Below are positions 8,516 to 17,436 of a DNA stretch of 32,000 nt, in pieces. The translations under genes and the position numbers were made by a program. This DNA comes from Candidatus Hadarchaeales archaeon (lineage in GTDB: Archaea > Hadarchaeota > Hadarchaeia > Hadarchaeales > Hadarchaeaceae). Under the pieces are notes generated by a model. It was not told the DNA's origin, ran no database searches, and saw only the letters and a list, made by a program, of their open reading frames with translations. The stretch lies in the NCBI GenBank assembly GCA_038823825.1, contig JAWBCC010000004.1, positions 30,001-62,000 of the forward strand. Reading direction: 5' to 3'. Position 1 is the first letter of the stretch. Each line of letters opens with the position of its first letter.

Positions 8516-9569
8516 GTTTTGCTGGAAGATACTCGTTTACAACATATGCCAATCCGTACTTCGCAAACGCCTGCTGCTCAGCCTTTTTCCCAAGTTCAAG
8601 CATCTTCTTTATTTCCCTTTGCCAGAATTCGGAATTGTATCTCGGGTCTTTCTGTAGCTGCTTCAACCGAGCAATATCTATCTCTCTCAACTTGTCGGTC
8701 GGGAGATCATACTCAACTATGTCTGTAGCGGTCACACCTATGAATTTCGCATCGGGGACTGCGAGCTCATGGTTGATGTATGCGAGCTTCGCGCTTCCAG
8801 AAATCACAACCATTGCTATATGAAAGCCAAATGGATCACCATCCGTGAACAAAAGCACAGGCAAGTCTAGTTCCTCGTTCACCCGCTTCAGAAATCTTCT
8901 TGTCGCTCTGGCAGCCTGTCCCTTAAGCCCCACGATTAAAGCATCAAACTTTTTCCAAGCTTCCTCCTGCAAGAGTCTGTGATACATACCCATTGTTTCT
9001 ACCGCTATTACTCTCTTTGCTTTACACTTGACAAACTCCACGTCGTCTATCGTTGGCGGTATGGTATATCCACCCCTTCCAGCTTTCGTCGCGTCTATTA
9101 CAACGTCCTCTTCTTTCAGAACTATTTCTCCGAAAACAGCCGCTCCATCTTCCTCGGGCATAAGGCCTAAATCTTCCCTTTTAATCCCAAAAGTAGCCTC
9201 TAAGTCTTCAACCATCAAATCGGATTCCGATTGATCCGAGAAGGGACCCGTCTCCCATCCTTCGGCGGTGTAGTACATTTCCCTTAGAGTTGCAAACTTT
9301 CCGCTTTCTATAAGCTCCGCGGCAAAATCTGCAACACACATAAGTTGAGCAAATTTCTTAACCTGCTTTATGTTAGCAGCGGATCTCACACTTACTTTGT
9401 TCCCAAGAACATAGTATCTGCTTTTCTCGTCGTAAACTATGTTTGATGTGCTCCTAGAGGGTATTTTCAAACGTGGTGGCACACCTTCTTCGAGCATTTT
9501 GAGAACAAGCTCGCCCAAATCAGATAACTTCTCTCTAGCTTCCTTTTTCCTCTTCCCCAGTTTTGACAT
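8499..9569 (-). CDS. top6A: DNA topoisomerase VI subunit A (Spo11 family)
   Basis: 356 aa with the catalytic-Tyr region [12 protein letters not shown] and Toprim region [10 protein letters not shown] ... [13 protein letters not shown]. It overlaps the top6B stop by 35 nt. Confidence 0.93.
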   Translation of the reverse strand: MSKLGKRKKEAREKLSDLGELVLKMLEEGVPPRLKIPSRSTSNIVYDEKSRYYVLGNKVSVRSAANIKQVKKFAQLMCVADFAAELIESGKFATLREMYYTAEGWETGPFSDQSESDLMVEDLEATFGIKREDLGLMPEEDGAAVFGEIVLKEEDVVIDATKAGRGGYTIPPTIDDVEFVKCKAKRVIAVETMGMYHRLLQEEAWKKFDALIVGLKGQAARATRRFLKRVNEELDLPVLLFTDGDPFGFHIAMVVISGSAKLAYINHELAVPDAKFIGVTATDIVEYDLPTDKLREIDIARLKQLQKDPRYNSEFWQREIKKMLELGKKAEQQAFAKYGLAYVVNEYLPAKLKEFG

Positions 9570-11112
9570 TTTTACCCCCCAGTATTTTTGTTAAAACCTT
9601 ACTTATATCTGGCAGACTTTTGCCGGCTAGTCTGGCGGCTTTTTTAGCGATCACCGGTAGATACTTCTCGAAAATCATTGCCTTTTCCCTTCTTTCTTTC
9701 AATCTTATCTTTCTGTTCAGGAAAGCCCTCAGTTCTCTTGCTGCATCCATTATGGCGCTCCTGATTTCTGCAACTATTTCGGGCTCATCGGCAATTGACT
9801 GTTTGCCCGCTGAAGTATACGGAACATAAACTGAAGAGATATTTACAAAAAGCGTAATCGGCGCGTTGGCCGGATCCACGCCATATCTTCTCCAATCTAT
9901 CGAATTCACTGCTGTCATGATCGCACAGCCTCCTTGGTCGAATATCAGTGGGGCCCTGTTTGCGAATCTGATTACTTCTATACCGGTTTCTCCCTCACCC
10001 TCCTCCGTCCGCTTACCAGCGCTTCCACCGTAAGCTATCCCAACCTCGACTTGGAAAGGTATTCCTCCACGATAGACTTTCGGTGGTCTTTGAACCACAT
10101 GAACAAATTCTGGATTATAGATCTGCTTGAGACCGCTTTCTATATTCTGTGCACCAATCGGTCTCAGACCTTGCGATGAAGGCGCCTGTATCTTCACCTC
10201 TTTGAAAGCCTTTACGATTCTCTCGGCTTCTTCCCATGTTAGTTCTTTTGGATTTTTGTTCTCGGGCACTCCTGCCATTCTGCAGACTTCTCTGGCTTTT
10301 TCTCTGCTGACCTTCTCAAGTTCGCTCGACAGGAAAGAACCGATGCTTTTTGCGGATGTGCGCTTGGCCAGAGAAAGGAGATCATCTGGGAGAAGACCTA
10401 AGGGATGCGGTAGAACCGGTTCGGGCGGCTTCGGAACTTCTTCGACAGCATTTTCAAAAACCGTGAGATTCCCGTCCGGCTCCACGAGCGTTATGTGCAC
10501 GTGAGGGTTGGCGACAGCCGTCATTCGTAGGTAATTGAACGGACCATATCTTGATCGAATATAAACAATGTCCTTGAGCTCGAGCTCTACCCTAGTCCCG
10601 CGCCACTTTCCCTTAAGTTTCCTGAGTTTCACTATTTTTCCTTCATTTCTTTCAACGTCGATCATAACGTGTGCTTCAACGATTTCCCCCTTGCCGGTCG
10701 AGGTGATTACTTTTACAGGCTTTCCCGTAGTCATCTGCGAGAACATGACGGCGCCTGAGATTCCGATGCCCTGCTGCCCTCTCTGTTGCATAAACCTGTG
10801 AAGTTTCGTCCCCGCAAGCATCTTTCCAAAAACATGCGAAATAAAATTCTCTGGAATTCCGGTTGCATTGTCTTCAACGGTCACCCGCAAATGCTCCGGA
10901 TCCTCGCTCGCTTTTTCTATTATGACTTTTATCTTTGGAAGAATACCTGCCTCCTCGGCGGCGTCGATGGAGTTTGTAACGGCTTCGTGAATGACCGTTG
11001 TCAGAGATCTTATTTTTCCTGTATATCCGAGCATTGCTGCGTTCTTCCTAAAGAACTCGCTAACCGTGTGCTCCTTGAACTCCCTGAATATTTCCTCCGC
11101 GACTCTTACCAA
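9535..11112 (-). CDS. top6B: DNA topoisomerase VI subunit B (GHKL ATPase)
   Basis: 525 aa with Bergerat-fold motifs [19 protein letters not shown] and GQQGIGISG, followed by a transducer-like C-terminus. It starts 4 nt after the KH-protein stop. Confidence 0.93.
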   Translation of the reverse strand: MVRVAEEIFREFKEHTVSEFFRKNAAMLGYTGKIRSLTTVIHEAVTNSIDAAEEAGILPKIKVIIEKASEDPEHLRVTVEDNATGIPENFISHVFGKMLAGTKLHRFMQQRGQQGIGISGAVMFSQMTTGKPVKVITSTGKGEIVEAHVMIDVERNEGKIVKLRKLKGKWRGTRVELELKDIVYIRSRYGPFNYLRMTAVANPHVHITLVEPDGNLTVFENAVEEVPKPPEPVLPHPLGLLPDDLLSLAKRTSAKSIGSFLSSELEKVSREKAREVCRMAGVPENKNPKELTWEEAERIVKAFKEVKIQAPSSQGLRPIGAQNIESGLKQIYNPEFVHVVQRPPKVYRGGIPFQVEVGIAYGGSAGKRTEEGEGETGIEVIRFANRAPLIFDQGGCAIMTAVNSIDWRRYGVDPANAPITLFVNISSVYVPYTSAGKQSIADEPEIVAEIRSAIMDAARELRAFLNRKIRLKERREKAMIFEKYLPVIAKKAARLAGKSLPDISKVLTKILGGKNVKTGEEEKGS

Positions 11113-11115
11113 ACC

Positions 11116-11679
11116 CTACTCCCTCCCAACTCCCATTCTTGGAAATATCACATTCTTCTTTTTTGCTTTCTCTCTTTCTAAAAATCTATAAACTGATGAA
11201 TGTTCGGAGCCGGAGAGCAACATCTGTATGGCCGTCCTAGCTGTTCTTATCTGCTCGGGATCGCCGATTATAGAAACTGTTTTTCCGAAAACTGAAACAT
11301 ATGCTCCAGTCATTTGTTCTATGGTCCTCCTCATTTTTCCGCTTTCTCCGATCACCCTGCCGCGCATTCTCTGCATAGCCTTTTCCGAATCCCCAACAAA
11401 ATCTTTTATCTCTATGATGTCTAAATATTGATCCTCTTCAAAAAGTCTGAAAGCTCTCTCCGGACTGAAACCTCTCCCTATAGCCTTGACTACTTCAAGA
11501 GCTTGTAACCCTCCTAAAGGATTTTCCGCGACCTCGATCGTTACCTCGCCGGTTTCGCTATCTATCAGCAATCTCGTGCCTGTTCGACTTTCTATTTCTC
11601 TCTTTATACGTCCATCTTGGCCTATCAGAACCCCGATTCTTTCTTTGGGTATGCGGACAAACAATTCCGTCTTCTCCAT
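11116..11679 (-). CDS. Two-KH-domain RNA-binding protein (archaeal Dim2/Pno1-like)
   Basis: ORF 11116-11928 trimmed to ATG 11679 (MEKTELFVRIPKERIGVLIGQDGRIKREIE...), 187 aa. Two KH GxxG loops are present (IGQDGR, IGESGK). The upstream 83 codons are F/L-rich and antisense to the next gene. Confidence 0.8.
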   Translation of the reverse strand: MEKTELFVRIPKERIGVLIGQDGRIKREIESRTGTRLLIDSETGEVTIEVAENPLGGLQALEVVKAIGRGFSPERAFRLFEEDQYLDIIEIKDFVGDSEKAMQRMRGRVIGESGKMRRTIEQMTGAYVSVFGKTVSIIGDPEQIRTARTAIQMLLSGSEHSSVYRFLEREKAKKKNVIFPRMGVGRE

Positions 11680-11749
11680 CAAAACCCAATCCCAAACCAC
11701 GGATATATGCTTTCGGTTTTTAATCCTCTTCTTCTCAAAAAAATCACCG

Positions 11750-11977
11750 ATGTTAGTGCCTATTTTAGTTGCTCTTGCAGCCGTTTGGTATCTGATGATT
11801 TGGATTTTGATAAAAAAGCTGATCCCGAAAATCGACAGACCAAATCTCAAACAAGTAGTAAAAATGGTAGAACGCGACCTGTTGAGAGAAATAGAAAGAA
11901 GAACTAGGAGAAAGAAAAAATACACCAAAGAATGGGCAGAAGCGAAAAGGAGGCTTGAAGAGATTGGGGATTTATGA
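11750..11977 (+). CDS. Small bitopic membrane protein (N-terminal TM helix + basic/acidic helical tail), unknown function
   Basis: 75 aa from ATG 11750 inside track ORF 11486-11977: MLVPILVALAAVWYLMIWILIKKL... then a charged tail ...RRTRRKKKYTKEWAEAKRRLEEIGDL. An A/T box (gtttttaatcc, 11716-11726) lies ~29 nt upstream. No family recognised. Confidence 0.4.
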   Translation: MLVPILVALAAVWYLMIWILIKKLIPKIDRPNLKQVVKMVERDLLREIERRTRRKKKYTKEWAEAKRRLEEIGDL

Positions 11978-12509
11978 TGAATTTTTGAGAAGGATAGATA
12001 AGATCTTGGAAGTCGAAGAGGAAAAAATCGAGAAAGTCTTGGATCTTTGGATAAATTTGAAGGAATTTCTTTTGATAATCAGGTCGAGCTGTTCTGAACC
12101 AAAGTTGAAGAAAGTCATTGAAGAAGTCTTTACCTCTGGAAGTCGCTTTGAAATATCTGCCGCGGCTTGCTCTGAGCCATTGAAGGATGAATGGCAAAGC
12201 ATTGCCAAAATAGATTTGAGGAGATTACGTGAAAACCTTTTAGCCCTCCGAAAAATCTTTGAAAAGAAAAGAGAAAAGCTGGAGGAAGTTCTGCTTGAAG
12301 CTTTCGCCAAAGCCAAACTTGGAATTTCTCCGACCGTAGTGATTGACGACCTTATAGAGAGCGGACTCCTATCGAAGAGCACGGCGTCCTATCTCAGACT
12401 TGAAAGCAGAGAGATCGAGAAGTGGAAAAACCCTGACGAAATCAGAAGAATCGCGGGACTACTTTTTCAAATCAGGAGGCTCCGCGATGCTGAAGAACGA
12501 AACTCATAA
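11955..12509 (+). CDS. Hypothetical all-helical protein (no TM, no recognisable motif)
   Basis: 184-aa ORF. The start is uncertain: TTG 11955, TTG 11964 (AAAGGAGG at 11946-11953 is an SD-like element) or TTG 11985. It is tightly packed between the neighbouring small genes. Confidence 0.5.
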   Translation: MKRLGIYDEFLRRIDKILEVEEEKIEKVLDLWINLKEFLLIIRSSCSEPKLKKVIEEVFTSGSRFEISAAACSEPLKDEWQSIAKIDLRRLRENLLALRKIFEKKREKLEEVLLEAFAKAKLGISPTVVIDDLIESGLLSKSTASYLRLESREIEKWKNPDEIRRIAGLLFQIRRLRDAEERNS

Positions 12510-12645
12510 AATTATGCTTGAAATGATCCGAGAAGTTTCGAGACTTCGTTCAGATGTGGATTTAATCTCGCGAAGATTGGAGTCTCTGGAGAGCAGAATT
12601 AAGGAAATTGAAAACATGATTCAGCTTTTAGGAGATAATCTATGA
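12487..12645 (+). CDS. Small coiled-coil protein, unknown function
   Basis: 52 aa from ATG 12487 (MLKNETHKIMLEMIREVSRLRSDVDLISRRLESLESRIKEIENMIQLLGDNL). AGGAGG lies 7 nt upstream. Its TGA stop overlaps the ATPase ATG as ATGA. The track ORF 12400-12645 is its upstream extension. Confidence 0.45.
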   Translation: MLKNETHKIMLEMIREVSRLRSDVDLISRRLESLESRIKEIENMIQLLGDNL

Positions 12646-14729
12646 AACATGAGATCATCAAATACGGCAACATCAGGGTTCTGCGGATGTTATGTCTCGA
12701 CTGCGGAATGGAAGGATTCTCGACAAGATGTATGCAGCACGTTCTAAATGCGCTGGCAGATTATCCGAATGTCGATGAAATAAAGCTCGAGGGGGTCTAC
12801 TGCAGAGAATATTGCGGAGATTCTTTAGAAGCCCTCAAGGAGCTCTCCAAGGTTCTCCACAAGGGCAAGATTTTTCTCCGAAGCTCTCTAACAGTGGAGA
12901 CTTGCAGAAAATGTGAAAGTGAAAGAAAGAGAAAGCTAGAAAGAATTCTGGAAAAACTTCCTGAAAAACCTAGTAGTGCTCTCATCGGTCTGAAAACTCT
13001 GCTTTCAGAAAATAGAAAAGGAAGCAGCCTGAAACCGTGTGGAGAGTGTAAAGATTTCTTTGTAGAGAATCTAAGGGCTCTCATATCCATTTTCGAAAAC
13101 TGCAAAGTTGTAAAAATGGGAACAGCTATCCTAGAACCCCGGCTGAGACCGCCGTTCTCTTCGATGAGAGTGGAGACAAAAGTTTCTCCAGAATTTCATC
13201 TCGTTCAGACATATGAAGTTGAAGATTGCGAGATAAAAATTTTCTGGAACCAAAACAAACTTCAGTATCTGTACTTTGTACTTCCTACGGAATACAGATT
13301 TGACGCGACAGAAATTGAAGTTTTGTCATTAGCTAGGAAAAAACTAGCAGAATCTTTTCCATGTTCCCCTTTCGATGTCACACAAATGAGAGAAACCGTC
13401 AAACGAAAAACGGAAGAAATTTTGGCAGAAATCGGCAACTGTCGTGACCATGAAAAAATCGCAGCTTGTCTGACGAGAATGACAGCAGGCTTTGGGATGC
13501 TTGATATACTTCTCGCCGACCCCCATGTGCAAGATATCTATGTCGATTCGCCAACTAATGAAAATCCAGTTTATCTAATTCACTCCGATTTTGGCGAGTG
13601 TGTGACCAACATGTATCTAACACATTCTGGGATGGGATGGTTGATTTCAAAGTTCAGACTTCTTAGCGGAAGACCATTTTCGGAAGCTTTTCCGGTTCTA
13701 GATCTCGATCTGAGTGGGAGCAGGTGTACAGTCGTTGGTCCGCCGCTCAGCCCAAGTGGAGTGTCCTTTGCCATAAGAAGGCACAGACCAGAACCATGGA
13801 CACTTCCACAATTCGTGGCAAAGGGTTTTTTGAGCGAGGAAGCAGCCGGTTTGCTCAGTCTTTTGGTCGATGCTCAGACAGCAATGTTAATAACAGGCCA
13901 TCGTGGAGCAGGCAAAACATCTCTTTTGTCCTCCCTCATGCTTGAGGTGCCTCCCAACGTTAGGATGATAACTATCGAAGATACAAGGGAACTTCCAGTA
14001 GAAAAGCTGCGAAGGTTTGGATTTAAAATACTCTCTCTTGTGATTCAGCCAGTAGTTGGGGGAACTGAAACCGAGCTGCGGGCAGAAGATGCTTTGAAAG
14101 CTGCCTTGAGGCTCGGAGAATCCGTGCTCATCATTGGAGAAGTCAGAGGCTCCGAAGCAAAAGTCCTTTACGAAGCAATGAGGGTAGGGACAGCTGGAAA
14201 TGCGGTGATGGGGACAATACACGGCTCCTCCGCCAAAGATGTGTTTGACAGAGTGGTTTTCGATTTGGAGATTCCAGAAAGTTCCTTCAAAGTCACCGAC
14301 GTGATCGTCGTGGTTTCGGCTGTAAGAGAGGGCGGAAGGATGACGAGAAGCAGAAAATTGACAGAAATCGTGGAGGTTGAAAAAGAGGAGAGCCGGGAGA
14401 CGTGCTTTAGAAGGCTTCTATCATATCTTCCCGAGAAGGGAAAATTTCAGATCGAGCTGCACAAGTCAGAACTTCTCAAGAAAATTGCTCTTAGATGGGG
14501 AATCAGCAGAAATCGTTTGTTCGAAATGCTTAATTACAAAACGGCAATGCAACGCGAGCTTGTTAGCCTAGCGTCTCGGGAACCACAAATTTTGGAGGCT
14601 GAATTTGTCGTGCGTGCGAATCTCAAATGGAGAGAGATACTTGAAATCGAAAAGAGTAGACCATGTAAAATCTTCAAAAGGTGGAAAGATTGGCTGGAGA
14701 AAGAAGTAAAACGCCGCCCGATGAAGTAA
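12642..14729 (+). CDS. Type II/IV secretion-family ATPase (archaeal FlaI/PilB-type) with a Cys-rich N-terminal extension
   Basis: 695 aa. Walker A GHRGAGKTS (K425), Asp box ITIEDTRELP, Walker B VLIIGEVRGSEA, His box GTIHGSS. The C-terminal SELLKKIALRWGIS... segment resembles archaeal pilus/archaellum ATPases. AGGAG lies 8 nt upstream of the ATG. Confidence 0.85.
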   Translation: MKHEIIKYGNIRVLRMLCLDCGMEGFSTRCMQHVLNALADYPNVDEIKLEGVYCREYCGDSLEALKELSKVLHKGKIFLRSSLTVETCRKCESERKRKLERILEKLPEKPSSALIGLKTLLSENRKGSSLKPCGECKDFFVENLRALISIFENCKVVKMGTAILEPRLRPPFSSMRVETKVSPEFHLVQTYEVEDCEIKIFWNQNKLQYLYFVLPTEYRFDATEIEVLSLARKKLAESFPCSPFDVTQMRETVKRKTEEILAEIGNCRDHEKIAACLTRMTAGFGMLDILLADPHVQDIYVDSPTNENPVYLIHSDFGECVTNMYLTHSGMGWLISKFRLLSGRPFSEAFPVLDLDLSGSRCTVVGPPLSPSGVSFAIRRHRPEPWTLPQFVAKGFLSEEAAGLLSLLVDAQTAMLITGHRGAGKTSLLSSLMLEVPPNVRMITIEDTRELPVEKLRRFGFKILSLVIQPVVGGTETELRAEDALKAALRLGESVLIIGEVRGSEAKVLYEAMRVGTAGNAVMGTIHGSSAKDVFDRVVFDLEIPESSFKVTDVIVVVSAVREGGRMTRSRKLTEIVEVEKEESRETCFRRLLSYLPEKGKFQIELHKSELLKKIALRWGISRNRLFEMLNYKTAMQRELVSLASREPQILEAEFVVRANLKWREILEIEKSRPCKIFKRWKDWLEKEVKRRPMK

Positions 14730-16129
14730 ACATTCTAGAGTTTTGTGGAGATCTCGTCTTTGCGCTCGAACATGACCCCAACATAGAACATGCGATTGCT
14801 TTCGCGTCCAAACATCTTGACAGTGATAGTCGCCTTTGGATCGAAAAACATTTAGCTGAGGACGTTTTCACGGAGAGAAGCCTAAGTTTGAATTTTATTG
14901 GCAAACTGAGAAGGAAAGAACTAGTAAGTGTTTTTCAGTTGCTTGAAAGAGCGGCGAATAAACGAGGTCTGGATGAGAGAAAGATTCTCCTTGACAGGGC
15001 GCTAGAAAACCTGCTTTCTTCTATCAGAAAGGAAATAAACTCGTTTTACGAAAAAGTTAAGCTACCAAATCTGATAATCTTTGGAATCGGTATTTTGGTT
15101 CCGCTAGCACTTGTGCTTCTATTTCCAACTTTTTCCTTTTTAGGTGGTCGATTTACTCTTCTTCAAGCGGGGGTCGTCTACTGCGTAGTACTTCCGGCCT
15201 TCGTGTTTTTTATTACAAACAAAATTGATCAAGAAAGACCACGTTGTATAGCTCCACCACCAGTTCCACTAAAATTTAACCCAGCTTATGTTTCTATCCC
15301 GATCTTTTCATGTATCTTGGTGGTCATTCCGATTTTCCAATTGGGAGATTCGGCTTGGCTCCCTGCGATATGGATTTTAGTGTTTTCCACCTCGCTCTTA
15401 CTCCTAATCGTTGGAATTGGACCTTTCAAGTTGCGCATAAAAGTTGAGCAGGTAGAAGAGGAATTCCCGGATTTTTTACTCGAGATGGGAATGTCGATTG
15501 AAGAGGGAAAACCGCTCGAAAAAGCAATAGCGGATTATGAGAAGAAAAATAAAACTCCTTTAACCTCCGTTTTGAGAAAAATCGAGCGGAATATTCAATT
15601 CGAAGGCACAGGTATCATAGACACAGTAATGTCAGAAGATTTTAAAAGAGAAATACCATCACGAACCGTACACAGCGGTATGATTTTACTCGTCTCCGCG
15701 GCTGAAAAGGGAAGGCGCTCGGCTGCCGGCACAATTATCAGGATTTCTAACCATCTCAGAAAAATTCTCGAACTTAAAAAAGAAATAAAAGATAAAATGT
15801 CCGATATCCTTACAACAGCGCGTGCTCTTGCTATCTTCTTCGCCCCGATTTTGACAGCATTCACGGCTAGAACATACGAGGTCATCACGTCCAAACAGAA
15901 TGGTTTCTTTCAAGCCTCATTCTCGAAAATTTCACTTGCAACCGTTCTTTGCGTTTATACATTGATTCTTTCTGTTTTGCTTGTCGACTATAGTGTGAGA
16001 TTGGAGTATGGAAAAGATGCCCCTTTAAGATGTGTGAACATCGCGATAGCCATGCTGACGGCGTTGATTGTATTTACGGCAGGATGGATAGCTGGTGGTC
16101 TCTTCTTTGGTTTCCTTCTCGGTTATTAA
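14681..16129 (+). CDS. Polytopic membrane platform protein, T2SSF family (TadC/FlaJ-like)
   Basis: 482 aa with two repeats of a cytoplasmic helical domain plus TM helices. The second repeat (FPDFLLEMGMSIEEGKPLEKAI...PLTSVLRKIERNIQFEG) fits the T2SSF pattern. Start is GTG 14681 (49-nt overlap with the ATPase) or TTG 14690. Confidence 0.75.
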   Translation: MERLAGERSKTPPDEVNILEFCGDLVFALEHDPNIEHAIAFASKHLDSDSRLWIEKHLAEDVFTERSLSLNFIGKLRRKELVSVFQLLERAANKRGLDERKILLDRALENLLSSIRKEINSFYEKVKLPNLIIFGIGILVPLALVLLFPTFSFLGGRFTLLQAGVVYCVVLPAFVFFITNKIDQERPRCIAPPPVPLKFNPAYVSIPIFSCILVVIPIFQLGDSAWLPAIWILVFSTSLLLLIVGIGPFKLRIKVEQVEEEFPDFLLEMGMSIEEGKPLEKAIADYEKKNKTPLTSVLRKIERNIQFEGTGIIDTVMSEDFKREIPSRTVHSGMILLVSAAEKGRRSAAGTIIRISNHLRKILELKKEIKDKMSDILTTARALAIFFAPILTAFTARTYEVITSKQNGFFQASFSKISLATVLCVYTLILSVLLVDYSVRLEYGKDAPLRCVNIAIAMLTALIVFTAGWIAGGLFFGFLLGY

Positions 16130-16142
16130 ACACCAGAGAGAG

Positions 16143-16472
16143 ATGTTACTGATGAGCAGATACACATTTGTATACATAACTGCGCCGAATGTCAAAGAAG
16201 CCGAAAAAATCGGAAAGATCCTAGTTGAAGAAAAACTCGCTGCCTGCGTAAACATCTTTCCGATCAGGTCGATTTATAGGTGGAAAGGAAAAATCGAGAA
16301 AGCCAGAGAAGTCGTATTGATAGCTAAAACCAAGAAAACCTTGTTTAGCAAATTGACAAAACGAGTTGCCGAAATTCATCCATATGAAATACCGTGTATA
16401 GTAGGATTTGATATAAAGCAAGGAAACGAGGAATTTCTGGAGTGGATAGATGGAGAAACAGAAGATAAGTGA
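16143..16472 (+). CDS. cutA: Divalent-cation tolerance protein CutA
   Basis: Track ORF 16095-16472 trimmed to ATG 16143 (or 16152), after the upstream stop at 16129. YTFVYITAPNVKEAEKIGKILVEEKLAACVNIFP.IRSIYRWKGKIE...EVVLIAKT is the typical CutA1 pattern. Confidence 0.85.
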   Translation: MLLMSRYTFVYITAPNVKEAEKIGKILVEEKLAACVNIFPIRSIYRWKGKIEKAREVVLIAKTKKTLFSKLTKRVAEIHPYEIPCIVGFDIKQGNEEFLEWIDGETEDK

Positions 16473-16683
16473 AAACACGCCTCTAACAGAGGTTTTAAAA
16501 ATTCCTGGTGCCACGGAAGTCCTGCTCAGAAATAACTTTCCGTGCATCATGTGCCCGCTCGCCTTTTTTGAAATTGGCACAATGAAACTGGGGGATGTTA
16601 TCAAGGCGTATAACCTGGATGCAGAAAAAATAATAAAAGAGCTGAATCAGCTCATCGAGCAGGAGGAAAAGAAACAGGAGTAA
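16450..16683 (+). CDS. DUF1858-type small redox-disulfide protein (hybrid-cluster-protein-associated family-like)
   Basis: 77 aa. TPLTEVLKIPGATEVLLRNNFPCIMCPLAFFEIGTMKLGDVIKAYNLDAEKIIKELN fits the DUF1858 pattern (tv.evl...P....vl...gm.C..C...). Assigned from memory. Confidence 0.55.
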   Translation: MEKQKISENTPLTEVLKIPGATEVLLRNNFPCIMCPLAFFEIGTMKLGDVIKAYNLDAEKIIKELNQLIEQEEKKQE

Positions 16684-16710
16684 TGTGGAGATTTCGCCGT
16701 TTCCGAAACC

Positions 16711-16729
16711 TTATATTTCCCATATAATA
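16711..16729 (+). promoter_or_regulatory. TATA-like boxes upstream of the ACD-beta-like gene
   Basis: ttatattt (16711-16718) and catataata (16721-16729). The first is ~27 nt upstream of TTG 16738/GTG 16741. Confidence 0.3.
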
Positions 16730-16871
16730 CTCTATTTTTGGTGGGGCACTGAAAAGGAAACTTTTAAACCAGCCAAAAGCTGCCTCAACAAAACGTCTAA
16801 CAGAACAGGAATCTTTAAAAATAATTGAAGAGGCAGGCATTCCATTTGCTCGCACAATTGTCTGTCGAAGT

Positions 16872-17435
16872 TTGGAAGAGGTTTTGCAGGCGGCTAGAAC
16901 CATCAGATATCCTGTAGTTCTCAAGTTGATGTCCTCCGACCTGAAGGAGCGGGGACTCTCCGGTGTAAGGTTAGGGATAAGTTCGGAGACAGAGTTGAGA
17001 AGAGCATTCAACGAGCTGGAAAAAATCGTCTCCGCGGCAGGATGGAAACTCGAAGGGTGGGTGGTCCAAGAATATATAGCCGGTGGGGAAGAGGTTAGAA
17101 TCAAAGCATTTCGAGATGATGAACTTGGTCCCTCTATAGTTTTCGAACCGATTAGTTTCTGGATGAAGATTTTCGGAGATCGAAGCTTTAGATTGGCCCC
17201 ACTGGACAGGGATGAGGCCAAAGAGATGATAAAGGAAACGTATGGATATTATATGCTTGTTGGAGAAGACGGTTCACTGCCCGTGGATTTCGACGCACTG
17301 ATAGAGACAATGTGCAAAATGAGCGATCTTATCTGCAAACTCGGGCGCGTCGTGGAAATACATCTCCATCCATTAAAGGTTCTTGAAAGAGGTGTGAAGG
17401 CAGTAGACGTTAAAGTTGTTTTAGAGGTGAAATAA
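16872..17435 (+). CDS. ACD beta-like ATP-grasp protein, divergent paralogue (minimal ORF; coding evidently extends upstream to about 16741)
   Basis: 187-aa minimal ORF from TTG 16872. Upstream in-frame codons (...KRLTEQESLKIIEEAGIPFARTIVCRS) align with the ATP-grasp start of the main ACD (NLTVDESFKLAEACGIPTPAMRLVRS). YPVVLKLMSSDLKERGLSGV replaces YPVVMKIVSPEVVHKTDIGGV, so the His is lost. No ATG/GTG/TTG lies in frame between the stop at 16725-16727 and 16872. Confidence 0.7.
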   Translation: MEEVLQAARTIRYPVVLKLMSSDLKERGLSGVRLGISSETELRRAFNELEKIVSAAGWKLEGWVVQEYIAGGEEVRIKAFRDDELGPSIVFEPISFWMKIFGDRSFRLAPLDRDEAKEMIKETYGYYMLVGEDGSLPVDFDALIETMCKMSDLICKLGRVVEIHLHPLKVLERGVKAVDVKVVLEVK

Positions 17436-17436
17436 T

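Noticed and set aside
11680-11928. 83-codon extension of the KH-protein ORF (track ORF 11116-11928)
   Set aside because: It is an F/L/I-rich sequence antisense to the plus-strand small membrane gene. The KH protein starts naturally at ATG 11679 (MEKTELFVRIPKERIG).
11750-11977. Small membrane protein considered as a prepilin/archaellin
   Set aside because: The N-terminus MLVPILVALAAVW... lacks the class III signal peptide (a short basic leader ending in a K/R-G cleavage site before the hydrophobic helix). The hydrophobic segment starts at residue 2.
12400-12486. Longer 81-aa version of the small coiled-coil ORF
   Set aside because: It would overlap the preceding gene by 110 nt. ATG 12487 has an AGGAGG box 7 nt upstream, so the 52-aa form is preferred.
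11955-16472. Apparent recurrence of exactly 23-nt gene overlaps (11955-11977, 12487-12509, 16450-16472) as a possible recoding or coupling signal
   Set aside because: The first depends on an uncertain TTG start (11964 and 11985 are equally possible). No shared sequence motif was seen at the three junctions, so this is most likely coincidence.
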